A stretch of 64,000 bases of DNA, taken from an uncultured Acidobacteriota bacterium. GTDB lineage: Bacteria; Acidobacteriota; Polarisedimenticolia; J045. The notes beneath the pieces are model-generated. The model had not been told where the DNA came from and did no database searches. It was given only the letters and a program-made list of their open reading frames with translations. Positions 35,261-44,826 of this stretch are shown here, piece by piece. The translations under genes were made by a program, and so were the position numbers. Positions within the stretch are counted from its first letter, which is position 1, and every line of letters starts with the position of its first letter. Location: NCBI GenBank assembly GCA_963800865.1, contig CAWDCL010000004.1:1821800-1885799 (forward strand), read 5' to 3'.

Positions 35261-37018
35261 ATGAAGCTCAAGCGCCGCATTGCCGAGGGGTTCCGGCCCT
35301 TTCTCTGGCTGCTCGCCGACGCGGCCGTGGTGGCGGCGATCGCCTGGCCCGCCGCCGCGCTGCTGCTCTTTCTCGTCAACCCGGAGCTGCCATTCACGCC
35401 GGGCGGCTTCTTCGCGACGATGGGCGCCATCCTCCCGCAGGCGCTGCTGGTCTTCGTGCTGGCCGGCCCGCTGCTCGTCCTGCTCGGCAACGCCTTTGCC
35501 GTCGGACGGTCCTCGACCCGCGGCTTCCGGGTCCGGCACATCGTGCGCTTCGCCGTCCTGGACGCATTCCTGCTCTGGCTTGCCGCCTTCGACCAGTGGC
35601 GCGTGACGGGGCCGCTGCTCCCCGACGCGACACGGGCGGCACTGGCGATCACGGTCAGCGCGCTGGGCGCGGCCACGGTCGTGGCGCTCGGCTTCGTCGT
35701 GATGGACGCGCGCCGGCCCGGCTCGGTCCGGTCACCGTGGATCGTCGCGCTGGCGGTGGCGGTGCTCGTCGCGCTGGCGGGCGCGGGGGACATGCGGCGG
35801 GTGCGCTTTCCGGACCCGGCCCCGATCGACATCCGCGGGTTCGCGGCGGAGCGGCCGCTGATCCTGTTCGAGGTCCCCGGGCTGTCGCTGGAGGCGCTCG
35901 AGGGGTACGCCGAGCGCGGGACCGCGCCCGCGCTGGAGTCGCTGCTCACGAGCGGCAGCGTCATGACGGTCTCCGGCGGGATCGTCGAGGAGCCGCTCGC
36001 GCTGCACGCCACGCTCATCACCGGACGCGGCCCGGAGCAGCACCGCGTGCTCGGGCCGCTGCGTTATCGGCCGCGCGGGGGAGGCGGCGGCGTCTCGTTC
36101 GGCATCCTGCCCCGGGGCCTGCTGTTCTGGCCGTCCCTGAAGCTCGGGCTCTGGGACGCGGTGCCGGTCTCGGCCCCGGCTCTGCGCGCCGTCTCGGTGG
36201 CCGGGATCGCGCGCGCGCTGGGCCTGCCGGTGGCAATCGTCGGCGACCCGCTCGCCGGCCGGCCGCCCAACCCGGAGTCGGTCATCGTGCCGACGGACGC
36301 GCTGGGTGCGGGACAGACGGTTGCGCTCGGAGCCGCCGGCAGCGTGACCTGCGTCGACGCCGGGCCGATCGGCGACCGGTTCTTCGATCCTCCGGCGGGC
36401 GAGCTGCCGGGGACGCGCCGGCTCGAGGCGCTCGTCCGGGCGGCGCTGGATGCCGACCTCTGCGCCCTGGCGGTCGGCAAGCAGCTGGCCGCGACGGGCC
36501 GCTTTGCGCTGGTCCACGTGCGGCTCGGGGGGCTCGAGCGGATCACGCGCCAGTTCGCGGGCTGGCAACCCGGGAGCACGGCGCGCGGCGCTTCGGACCG
36601 GGAGATCGAGGCCTACGGCCGGGTGCTCGCGCGCTACGTGCGCCAACTCGACCCGGCGGGCGGTGAACTGGTCTCGGCCGGGCCGCCCGGGGCGCTCGTG
36701 GCCCTGGTTTCGCCCTGCGGCGTCGTGCCGCGCAACGACCTGGGCCGGTTGGCGGAGGCGCTGGCCGGAATCTCGGGACCGACCGCGAGCACCGACGGGC
36801 CGCCGCCGGGTTCGCTGATCCTCGCCGGCGCCGGGGTCGTTCCGGGGGGGCACCGCGCGGGTGAGATCGCGCTGGAGTCGGTGCTGCCGACGCTGCTCTG
36901 GGGTGCCGGGCTGCCCGCCGCCGCCGACATGGGGCCGATCGCGACCCAGGCCTTCGAGCCCGAGTACGTCGCCGCGCACCCGGTGATCGGCGTGCCCAGC
37001 TACGGGAAGCGGCGCTAG
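35261..37018 (+). CDS. Hypothetical integral membrane protein (N-terminal ~5 TM helices plus a large extracytoplasmic domain)
   Basis: ATG 35261 (MKLKRRIAEGFRPFLWLLADAAVVAAIAW…). No confident family assignment. It is divergent from pyrK with a 39-nt AT-rich spacer. Confidence 0.5.
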   Translation: MKLKRRIAEGFRPFLWLLADAAVVAAIAWPAAALLLFLVNPELPFTPGGFFATMGAILPQALLVFVLAGPLLVLLGNAFAVGRSSTRGFRVRHIVRFAVLDAFLLWLAAFDQWRVTGPLLPDATRAALAITVSALGAATVVALGFVVMDARRPGSVRSPWIVALAVAVLVALAGAGDMRRVRFPDPAPIDIRGFAAERPLILFEVPGLSLEALEGYAERGTAPALESLLTSGSVMTVSGGIVEEPLALHATLITGRGPEQHRVLGPLRYRPRGGGGGVSFGILPRGLLFWPSLKLGLWDAVPVSAPALRAVSVAGIARALGLPVAIVGDPLAGRPPNPESVIVPTDALGAGQTVALGAAGSVTCVDAGPIGDRFFDPPAGELPGTRRLEALVRAALDADLCALAVGKQLAATGRFALVHVRLGGLERITRQFAGWQPGSTARGASDREIEAYGRVLARYVRQLDPAGGELVSAGPPGALVALVSPCGVVPRNDLGRLAEALAGISGPTASTDGPPPGSLILAGAGVVPGGHRAGEIALESVLPTLLWGAGLPAAADMGPIATQAFEPEYVAAHPVIGVPSYGKRR

Positions 37019-37112
37019 CCACACCCCCCTTTGGACAGCGCGCGGGGGAGACGATAGTCTCGCCCGACTTCGCGCCCGGAACGGTCCGCCCGGGACGCGC
37101 GGCGGAGGCCGG

Positions 37113-37841
37113 ATGAGCGTCGGCACCGTTCTGATGAACGCCGAGGAGATCGACCGCGCGCTGGCGCGGCTCGCGCACCAGATCATGGAGGTCGCGGGTG
37201 AGTCGGCCGGCACCCTCCTGGTCGGCATCCACACCCGCGGGGTCCCGCTCGCGCGCCGCCTGGCGCGGAAGATCGCGGCGTCGGGGCGGGAGGAGCCCCC
37301 GGTCGGGATCCTCGACATCAATCTCTACCGCGACGACCTGTCGCAGACCTTCGACCACCCGATCGTCCGCCGCACCGAGGTCCCTTTGCCGCTCAGCGGG
37401 AAGCGGATCGTGCTGGTCGACGACGTGCTCTATACCGGCCGCACGATCCGCGCCGCGATGGATGCGCTGACCGACCTCGGCCGTCCGCGTTCCGTGAAGC
37501 TGGCGGTCCTGATCGACCGCGGCGGGCGGGAACTGCCGATCCACGCCGATTTCGTCGGGCGGACCTTCATGGTCGGCCCCGACCAGCTGGTCGACGTGCA
37601 GCTCGACGAGACCGACGGGACCCAGGATCGCGTCGTGCTCCGCACGCACGAACCGAAGCCCGCGCGGAAACAGGAGCCCACGGCGAAGGCCCGGCGCGCG
37701 CCGCACCCGAAGACCGCCGCGCGGGGCAAGCTCACGCCGAGTCCGAAGGCCAGGCCCGCGCCCAAGGCCAAGGTGGCCGCGCGGGGCAAGCTCCCGCCCG
37801 GTCCGAAGAGGAAGCCCGCGCGCAAGGGGGCCGGACGATGA
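37113..37841 (+). CDS. pyrR: PyrR (pyr mRNA-binding attenuation regulator/uracil phosphoribosyltransferase) with a ~60-aa Lys/Pro/Ala-rich C-terminal tail
   Basis: The PRTase core ([16 protein letters not shown]) is present. The tail [42 protein letters not shown] is encoded by an imperfect direct DNA repeat (GCCGCGCGGGGCAAGCTC ×2). Confidence 0.85.
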   Translation: MSVGTVLMNAEEIDRALARLAHQIMEVAGESAGTLLVGIHTRGVPLARRLARKIAASGREEPPVGILDINLYRDDLSQTFDHPIVRRTEVPLPLSGKRIVLVDDVLYTGRTIRAAMDALTDLGRPRSVKLAVLIDRGGRELPIHADFVGRTFMVGPDQLVDVQLDETDGTQDRVVLRTHEPKPARKQEPTAKARRAPHPKTAARGKLTPSPKARPAPKAKVAARGKLPPGPKRKPARKGAGR

Positions 37842-38794
37842 AACTGCGCAGCCGTCACCTGCTGGGGATCGCCGAGCTGGATCCGGACGAGATCGTCGCC
37901 ATCCTCGACACCGCCGAGAGCTTCGCCGAGGTCTCGGGGCGCGAGATCAAGAAGGTCCCGGCACTCCGCGGACGGACCGTGATCAACTTCTTCGTCGAGC
38001 CCTCGACCCGGACCCGGACCTCGTTCGAGGTCGCCGAGAAGCGCCTCTCTGCCGACACGCTGGGCATCACCGCCGCGGCCAGCTCGCTGGTCAAGGGCGA
38101 AACGCTGCTCGACACGGTCCGCAACCTCGAGGCGATGAACCCCGACTTCATCGTGATGCGCCACCCGGAGCCGGGAGCGCACGAGCTCCTGACGCGGGTC
38201 TGCAGGTCCTCGGTGATCAACGCCGGGGACGGCGGGCACGAGCACCCGACGCAGGCGCTGCTCGACGCGATGACCATGCGCCAGCGCTTCGGGCGCCTGT
38301 CGGGGCTCAAGGTCGTGATCCTCGGCGACATCAAGCACAGCCGGGTCGCGCGCTCCAACATCAACCTCCTGACGAAGATGGGCTCGACGGTCGTCGCCTG
38401 CGGACCGCCGACCCTGATCCCGGTCGGGGTCGAGGAAATGGGCGCCGAGGTGAGCTACCACCCCGACGTGGCGATCGAGGGGGCCGACGTGGTGATGGTG
38501 CTCCGGATGCAGCTGGAGCGGATGAAGACCGGCTACGTGCCCAGCCTCAGGGAGTACGCGCGGCTGTACGCGCTGACCCCCGAGCGGCTCGAGCGGGCGC
38601 GGCCGGAGGCGATCGTGATGCACCCCGGACCGATGAACCGGGGGGTCGAGATCGACGGCGGCCTGGCCGACGGGCCGCGCTCGGTGATCCTCGACCAGGT
38701 GTCGAACGGCGTCGCGGTGAGGATGGCGGTCCTGTATCTCCTGGCAGGAGGCGAGCGTGAAGACGCTGCTGTTGCGACGGGCGCGGGTCGTTGA
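37838..38794 (+). CDS. pyrB: Aspartate carbamoyltransferase catalytic subunit
   Basis: STRTR carbamoyl-phosphate motif and HPTQALLD. The ATG overlaps the pyrR stop. Confidence 0.9.
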   Translation: MKLRSRHLLGIAELDPDEIVAILDTAESFAEVSGREIKKVPALRGRTVINFFVEPSTRTRTSFEVAEKRLSADTLGITAAASSLVKGETLLDTVRNLEAMNPDFIVMRHPEPGAHELLTRVCRSSVINAGDGGHEHPTQALLDAMTMRQRFGRLSGLKVVILGDIKHSRVARSNINLLTKMGSTVVACGPPTLIPVGVEEMGAEVSYHPDVAIEGADVVMVLRMQLERMKTGYVPSLREYARLYALTPERLERARPEAIVMHPGPMNRGVEIDGGLADGPRSVILDQVSNGVAVRMAVLYLLAGGEREDAAVATGAGR

Positions 38795-40037
38795 CCCGGC
38801 AGGTGGGGTCGACGGGGTCCGCGACGTCCTGATCGAGGGCGGCCGGATCCTCAAGGTCGCGCAGCGGATCCAGCGGCGCGACGGCCAGGCGATCGACCTC
38901 GACGGGCTCGTGCTCTGTCCCGGGTTCATCGACATGCACGTCCACCTGCGCGAGCCGGGCCAGGAGTGGAAGGAGACGATCGCCAGCGGCACCGCCGCGG
39001 CCGCGGCGGGCGGTTTCACGGCCGTCGCGGCGATGGCGAACACCGATCCGGTCAACGACTCGCGGGCGGTGACGGAGATGATCGTCGCCGAGGCGAAGCG
39101 GCACGGTTCGGTCCGCGTCTACCCGGTCGGCGCGATCAGCAAGAAGCTGGAAGGGAAGGAACTCGCCGACGTCGGCGAGATGGTCGAGACCGGCGCGGTC
39201 GCGATCTCCGACGACGGCCGGCCGGTGATGGACCCGTCCCTGATGCGGCGGGCCCTCGAGTACGCCAAGGCGTTCGGGATCCCGGTGCTGGCCCACGAGA
39301 TGGACGACGCGCTCTGCGCCGGCGGCGTGATGCACGAAGGGGCGGTCTCGACGCGCCTCGGGCTTCCCGGGATGCCTCCGGCGGCCGAGGAGGCGATGAT
39401 CGCGCGCGACCTCCTGCTGGCCGAGGACACCGGCGGGCGCCTGCACATCCAGCACCTGACGACCGGCCGCGGGCTGGCGCTGATCCGGCTCGGCCGGCGG
39501 CGCGGGATCCACGTCACCTGCGAGGTGACGCCGCACCACCTGACGCTGACCGACGAAGCGCTCGTGCGCTACGACACGAACCTCAAGATGAACCCGCCGC
39601 TGCGGCCGGAGGGCGACCGTGCCGCGCTGGTCCGGGGCCTCAAGGATGGCGTCGTCGACGCGATCGGGACCGACCACGCGCCGCACCACCACGACGAGAA
39701 GTGGGTGGAGTTCGCGCGCGCCCCGTTCGGGATCATCGGGCTCGAGACGGCGGTGCCGGTGCTGCTGACGAAGCTGGTCCACGAGGGAGGGCTGCCGCTC
39801 TCGCGCTTCGTCGAGCTGCTGACGGCGGGGCCGGCCGCCGCGCTGGGGGTTGCCGGCGGCAGCCTGGCGCAGGGCGAGGTCGCCGACATCACCGTGCTCG
39901 ACCTCGGCCGCGAGGGTGCGATCGACCCCGCCGGCTTCCGGAGCCGGTCGCGCAACACGCCCTACGAGGGCTTCCCCTTCAAGGGCCAGGCGGTGATGAC
40001 GATCGTCGGCGGCCGCATCGTTCACGACGCCCGCTGA
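38757..40037 (+). CDS. pyrC: Dihydroorotase (multifunctional-complex type)
   Basis: GTG 38757 ([17 protein letters not shown]…). [12 protein letters not shown] metal-binding motif. It overlaps the pyrB 3' end by 38 nt. Confidence 0.85.
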   Translation: MKTLLLRRARVVDPAGGVDGVRDVLIEGGRILKVAQRIQRRDGQAIDLDGLVLCPGFIDMHVHLREPGQEWKETIASGTAAAAAGGFTAVAAMANTDPVNDSRAVTEMIVAEAKRHGSVRVYPVGAISKKLEGKELADVGEMVETGAVAISDDGRPVMDPSLMRRALEYAKAFGIPVLAHEMDDALCAGGVMHEGAVSTRLGLPGMPPAAEEAMIARDLLLAEDTGGRLHIQHLTTGRGLALIRLGRRRGIHVTCEVTPHHLTLTDEALVRYDTNLKMNPPLRPEGDRAALVRGLKDGVVDAIGTDHAPHHHDEKWVEFARAPFGIIGLETAVPVLLTKLVHEGGLPLSRFVELLTAGPAAALGVAGGSLAQGEVADITVLDLGREGAIDPAGFRSRSRNTPYEGFPFKGQAVMTIVGGRIVHDAR

Positions 40038-40087
40038 CCGCACGGGCGGGCCGCCACGGCGGCCGGCCCGCACCAGGAGACCGTTCG

Positions 40088-40975
40088 ATGTCGGCGATCA
40101 CGGAAACCCACCTCCCCGGCCAGAAGCTCCTCTCGCGCGGCAAGGTGCGCGACATCTACGACCTCGGCGACCGGCTGCTGCTGGTCGCCACGGACCGGAT
40201 CTCGGCCTTCGACGTCGTGCTGCCGCAGCCGATCCCCGACAAGGGGAAGGTGCTGAACCAGCTCAGCGCGTTCTGGTTCGACTGGTCGGCGCCGATCGTG
40301 GGCAACCACCTCGTCAGCGCCGACGCCGGCAGCTTTCCCGCCGCGCTGCAGCCGTTCCGGGAGGTGCTGGCCGGCCGGTCCTCGCTGGTCCGGAAGGCGG
40401 CGATGTTCCCGGTCGAGTGCGTCGCCCGCGGGTACCTCTCCGGCTCGGGCTGGAAGGAGTACCGGGAGAGCGGGACGGTCTGCGGGATCCGCCTGCCGGC
40501 CGGCCTGCGGGAGTCGGACCGGCTCCCCGAGCCGATCTTCACCCCGGCGACCAAGGAAGAGACGGGGCACGACATCAACATCCCGTTCGAAACGGCCTGC
40601 GAGCTCGTGGGGACCGGGCCCGCCAGCGAGCTGAGACGGCTGACGCTCGCGCTCTACGGGCGGGCCGCCGCCTACGCCGCCGAGCGCGGGATCATCATCG
40701 CCGACACGAAATTCGAGTTCGGCGTGATCGACGGGGCGATCGCGATCTGCGACGAGATGCTCACCCCCGATTCCTCGCGCTTCTGGCCCGCCGACCAGTA
40801 CGCGCCGGGGGGCCCGCAGCCCTCGTTCGACAAGCAGTTCGTGCGCGATTTCCTGGAGTCGATCCGCTGGGACAAGAGCCCGCCGGCGCCGGACCTGCCG
40901 GCCGACGTGATCGCCGGGACGCGGGCGCGCTACGTCGAGGCGCTGACGATCCTTTCCGGGCACGGACTCGCCTAG
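40088..40975 (+). CDS. purC: Phosphoribosylaminoimidazole-succinocarboxamide (SAICAR) synthase
   Basis: ATG 40088 (MSAITETHLPGQKLLSRGKVRDIYDLGDRLLLVATDRISAFD…), which is the PurC signature. Confidence 0.85.
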   Translation: MSAITETHLPGQKLLSRGKVRDIYDLGDRLLLVATDRISAFDVVLPQPIPDKGKVLNQLSAFWFDWSAPIVGNHLVSADAGSFPAALQPFREVLAGRSSLVRKAAMFPVECVARGYLSGSGWKEYRESGTVCGIRLPAGLRESDRLPEPIFTPATKEETGHDINIPFETACELVGTGPASELRRLTLALYGRAAAYAAERGIIIADTKFEFGVIDGAIAICDEMLTPDSSRFWPADQYAPGGPQPSFDKQFVRDFLESIRWDKSPPAPDLPADVIAGTRARYVEALTILSGHGLA

Positions 40976-40996
40976 CCCGCCCCGGGGGCACCCGGA

Positions 40997-43469
40997 CTAG
41001 GGACAGGCCGGGTTCGGTCGCTTCACCCCGTTCGACGCGGCTCCCAGCTCCCCCGGGCCGCAGGCCGAGCGCGCCCGGCTGAGGTAGTAGAGCCCGGAAC
41101 CCGCCCCGGGTTTTGCCGTATCGGTCGCCGACGGCGCCGGGAGGCCGGCGGCGAAGCAGCCGTGCGTGTAGCCGAACGGCGCGGCCAGCGTCCCGCGCGC
41201 CAGCTCGTAGCTGCTCGCGCCCGCCACCGCCGACCACTGGATCGTGGTGCGGTTCGGCCGCACGACGAGCGCGGTCGTGAGCCCGGGGGGCGCGATCCCC
41301 GAGTTGGCCGGCGCGCAGTCGGAGCAGGCCGGGAACCCGTCGCCGTCGGCATCGGTCAGATCGGGCACGGTGACGATCACCTCGTCGGCGGACGACTCGT
41401 GCCCGTCGCTCGCGGTCAGCGTGAAGACCAGCGCGCCGCCTCCCGGCGCAGCCGGCGGTGCGAAGGTCGGGCGTGGCGACGACGGATCGTCCAGCGCCGC
41501 CGGGGGCCCGGAGGTCTGGCTCCAGGCGAAGGCGAGCCGCTGCCCGTCGGGGTCGGAGCTGGCGCTGCCGTCGAGCGCGACGCGAGGGCCCCCGCGGACG
41601 CAGGTCGTAGACTGGTCGGGCCCGGCGACCGCGACCGGCGGCTTGTTCGGGTAGAGCGAACAGCCGGGCGATGGACGACAGGCCCGAGGCGTCGGTCGCC
41701 GTGAGCACCAGCTCGTAATAGAAGGGCTCCCCGGCGCCTCCGTGTTCCTCGGCGACGAACGAGCCGTTCGAGCCGACGCTGTCCTGGTACGGGTGCTCGT
41801 GCGCGTTGTGGTGCTGGATGATGGTCCACCGCAGCGAGTCACCCGGCAGCGTTGCCTGGTCGGGATCGGTGGCCATGCCGGAGAAGGGGATCACCTCCCC
41901 GTCGACGAATGTCGCGGGCGGCAGGGGCGAGAGAATCGTCGCCACCGGCGGGAGCGAGCCGACGGTCACGGTCACCTTGGCCGACGTCGTCACCTGGCCG
42001 TCGCTGACTTCGAGCGTCGCGATGAAGGAACCGTTCGCGGTGTAGGTGTGGACGACCGACTCGCCCTCCCCGGTCGTGCCGTCACCGAAACTCCAGTGGT
42101 AGGTGAGCGGGTCGCCGTCGGCGTCGGTCGTGCCGGCCGCGCTCAGCGTGACGACGAGCGGGGCGTAGCCCCAGGGGGGCGTGGCCGTGGCCTTCGGTCG
42201 GGGCGCATGGTTGCCCGCGCCCACCCAGAGGATCCGGTTCACGCTCCCGGAGGGGTACGAGAAGCTGGTCGCGATGTTGAGGTAGTACATGTTGCCGTCG
42301 GGGCCCAGCTGCAGGTCGACCGGACGGAAGTAGACGTCCCCCTGGGCGAAGTTCGAGATCGAGACCAGCTCGTCCTGTTCGTTGACGGTCAGGTACTTGA
42401 TCCAGTGCAGCGCATAGTCGGTGAAGAAGTAGCGGTCGACGTACTGCGAGGGATAGTTGCTGCCGACGTAGAAGACTGCCCCGGTCGCCGCGCCGCCGTC
42501 GATCGTGTGGAGATAGGAGTGGATCGGGTTGGTCTGCGGCGGTTGCGCCGCGCATTCCGGCCCGAAGTACTGCCGGTAGGAAGGTTGCGGATCGTTGCCC
42601 TCCCAGCAGGGCCAGCCGAAGCTCGCCCCCGGCGCGCCGCGATTCACCTCCTCCCAGGTGCTCCAGCCGACGTCGTTGACGTAGAGGCGCCCGGTGGCCG
42701 GTCGGAACGCGGCCTTGAAGGGATTGCGCAGGCCGAGCTGGTAGACCTTGGAGCGGTTCGCGCCCGGCGTCGTGTAGAACGGGTTATCGACCGGTGCAGT
42801 GCCGTCGGGATTCAGGCGGAGGACCTTGCCGACCAGCTCGTTCGGGTCGAGCGCGCGCAGCGCGAGCGAAGCGGGGAAGTCGTACGGCGCGCCGTCTCCG
42901 ACCGTGGCGTACAGCTTGCCGTCCGGACCGAAGCGAAGCGCTCCGCCGGCGTGCGAGTCGACGTCGGACGGGATGCCGTCCACCAGGATGACCTCGCTGC
43001 CGGGGACCGCGACGTCGCCGTTGGCGGTCCAGCGCGTGATCCGGTGGATCCGCGAGGCGCTGTTCTTCGGGCTCGGCGGGACGATATCGGTCGTGTAGGC
43101 GAGGTAGACGTAACGGTTGGTCGCGAAGTCGGGGTCGATCGTCAGCCCGACCAGCCCCCGGTCGGTCTGGGTGTTGACGTCGACGGTCACGAACGGCGCG
43201 GTCAGGAGGCGCCCGTCGGCGGTCACCACCCGGACCCGGCCCTCCTTCTCGGCGACGAAGATCCGCCCGTCCGGCGCGAAGGCGAAGGCGGTCGGCCGGT
43301 CGAGCCCCTCGACCAGCAGCTCGTCGTCGAAGCCGGCGGGCCAGTTGACCCCCGAGTCGACGGGGAAGACGGATGCGGCGCACGCGAGGATCGCCGCGAA
43401 CAAGCACGAAATGCACCGATTGCCTCGCACGCCCAACCTCCGCGCCGGGAGGTCCCGGCCGCCGTTCAT
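40997..43469 (-). pseudogene. Secreted PQQ-dependent sugar (glucose/sorbosone) dehydrogenase-like beta-propeller protein with C-terminal PKD/FN3-like domains, with a frameshift near 41655
   Basis: Signal peptide at ATG 43469. The SGDH-like propeller (…RGLVGLTIDPDF…RNPFKAAF…) and first PKD domain are in one frame up to …TATDASGLSSIARLF. The continuation (SLYPNKPPVAVAGPDQ…LDGSASSDPDG…TTIQWSAVAGASSYEL…) is in the 40997..41842 frame. Confidence 0.7.
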
Positions 43470-43568
43470 CCTTTACGGCGGAACCGGCCATCCGGCAAAG
43501 CCTCCGGCCGCAGCGGGTGCCGGGACGGGGCCCGGCCGGGTGGCGTAGCCTCCCCCCTGCCGCGCCGC

Positions 43569-43596
43569 GCAACCTCCCTCCGGCGCCCTCCGTATC
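43569..43596 (+). promoter_or_regulatory. Candidate ECF-sigma-type promoter (GCAACC-N17-CGTATC) upstream of the ECF sigma gene
   Basis: An AAC-containing -35-like element and a CGTA -10-like element with a 17-nt spacer, ~15 nt upstream of ATG 43610. This pattern is typical of autoregulated ECF promoters. Confidence 0.3.
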
Positions 43597-43609
43597 ACCG
43601 GGTGAGCCG

Positions 43610-44182
43610 ATGTCCCCACCAAGCCCGCTGCCGCCTGACGAAGCGCTGGTCGAGCGGAGCCTCGCGGGGGACGAGGACTCGTTCGGAGCGCTCGTGAGCC
43701 GCTACCAGGGGTACGTCGCCGCCGTCGCCGGTCGTGCCGGGGTCCCCCCGGCCGACCTGGCCGACGCCGTCAGCGGCGTCTTCCTCAAGGTCTGGCGGCA
43801 CCTGCACCAGTTCCGGCCGGGAACCCCGTTCGCCACCTGGCTCTACCGGATCACCGTCAACCACGCCTTCGACGAGTACCGCCGGACGCGCCGCGAGCGG
43901 GCGCATGCCGAGCTGCGCGACGAGGTCGCCGACCCCCGCCCGGCCGGTTCGGAGCGGCTCCTGAGCGACGAGCGGGCGGAACTCGTGCGGGCCGCGCTGG
44001 CCGAGCTCGAGCCGCACTACCGCGAGTCGCTCTACGCGGTCTACGTCGAGGGGCAGACGATCGCGGAGACCGCGGCCGCGCTCGGCGTTCCCGAGGGGAC
44101 CGTCAAGGCGCGGCTCCACCGGGGACGGCACCTGCTGGCGGCGATCCTGCGCCGCCGCCATCCCGGGCACTTCGGAGCCTGA
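43610..44182 (+). CDS. ECF-subfamily RNA polymerase sigma-70 factor
   Basis: Sigma70 region 2 (FGALVSRYQGYV…VWRHLHQFRPGTPFATWLYRITVNHAFD) and region 4 (SLYAVYVEGQTIAETAAALGVPEGTVKARLHRGR). Confidence 0.85.
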   Translation: MSPPSPLPPDEALVERSLAGDEDSFGALVSRYQGYVAAVAGRAGVPPADLADAVSGVFLKVWRHLHQFRPGTPFATWLYRITVNHAFDEYRRTRRERAHAELRDEVADPRPAGSERLLSDERAELVRAALAELEPHYRESLYAVYVEGQTIAETAAALGVPEGTVKARLHRGRHLLAAILRRRHPGHFGA

Positions 44183-44184
44183 CG

Positions 44185-44826
44185 ATGCGCTGCGCGACCA
44201 CGCGACGGGTGATCACGGAGCGGCGGGGCCGCCCCGGGAACCGGCTCTCCCCGAGCCTCGAGGCCGAGCTTGCGCGGCACCTCGACGGCTGCCCGGCCTG
44301 CGCCGCGGATGCGGCGCTGGAGTCGCTCCTGGCTCAGCAGCTTGCCCGCGGCGGGGCCGGCGCCGCGGTCCGGCCCGTGGACGTGCGGGCCCGCGTGCTG
44401 ATCGCCCTCGTGAGCGAGCCTCCCGTCGATCGGCGGGCCGTGAGCCCGCGACAGCTCATCGCTGGAGCGGTCGCCGGCGGCGCGCTGGTGGCCGCGGCGG
44501 TGCTCGTCGCGGCCTGGGTGGGGCCGGTCGTCGCCGACCGGGTCGCCGGCGCCGGCGTCTGGCCGGTCCTCGGGGGATGGATCGAGCAGGGCCTGCGCAC
44601 GGTGCGCGCGCTCGGCCTCGCCGCGGTCGAGAGCCTGCGCGCCGCCCTGGTCACCCTGGTCGAGCTGGTGACGGCGATCCCGGCGGTTCGACGCGCCTGG
44701 TCGTTCGCCTTCGCCGCACTCGGCCATCTCGCCCTGGCTTCGATGCTCGTCCTGTCCGCCTGGTGGATCGGGCGCGACGTCCTGCGGCCGGCCCGACGGT
44801 CGGCCCGCGAGGAGACCTTCCGATGA
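44185..44826 (+). CDS. Anti-sigma factor (zf-HC2, single-pass membrane)
   Basis: HLDGCPAC zinc-finger motif, a central TM helix, and position immediately after the ECF sigma gene. Confidence 0.75.
   Translation: MRCATTRRVITERRGRPGNRLSPSLEAELARHLDGCPACAADAALESLLAQQLARGGAGAAVRPVDVRARVLIALVSEPPVDRRAVSPRQLIAGAVAGGALVAAAVLVAAWVGPVVADRVAGAGVWPVLGGWIEQGLRTVRALGLAAVESLRAALVTLVELVTAIPAVRRAWSFAFAALGHLALASMLVLSAWWIGRDVLRPARRSAREETFR

Noticed and set aside
37019-37112. PyrR-binding attenuator (UCCAGAGAGG-type loop) upstream of pyrR
   Set aside because: Only a short hairpin (GGGAGACgataGTCTC) is present. The conserved PyrR-binding loop sequence was not found.
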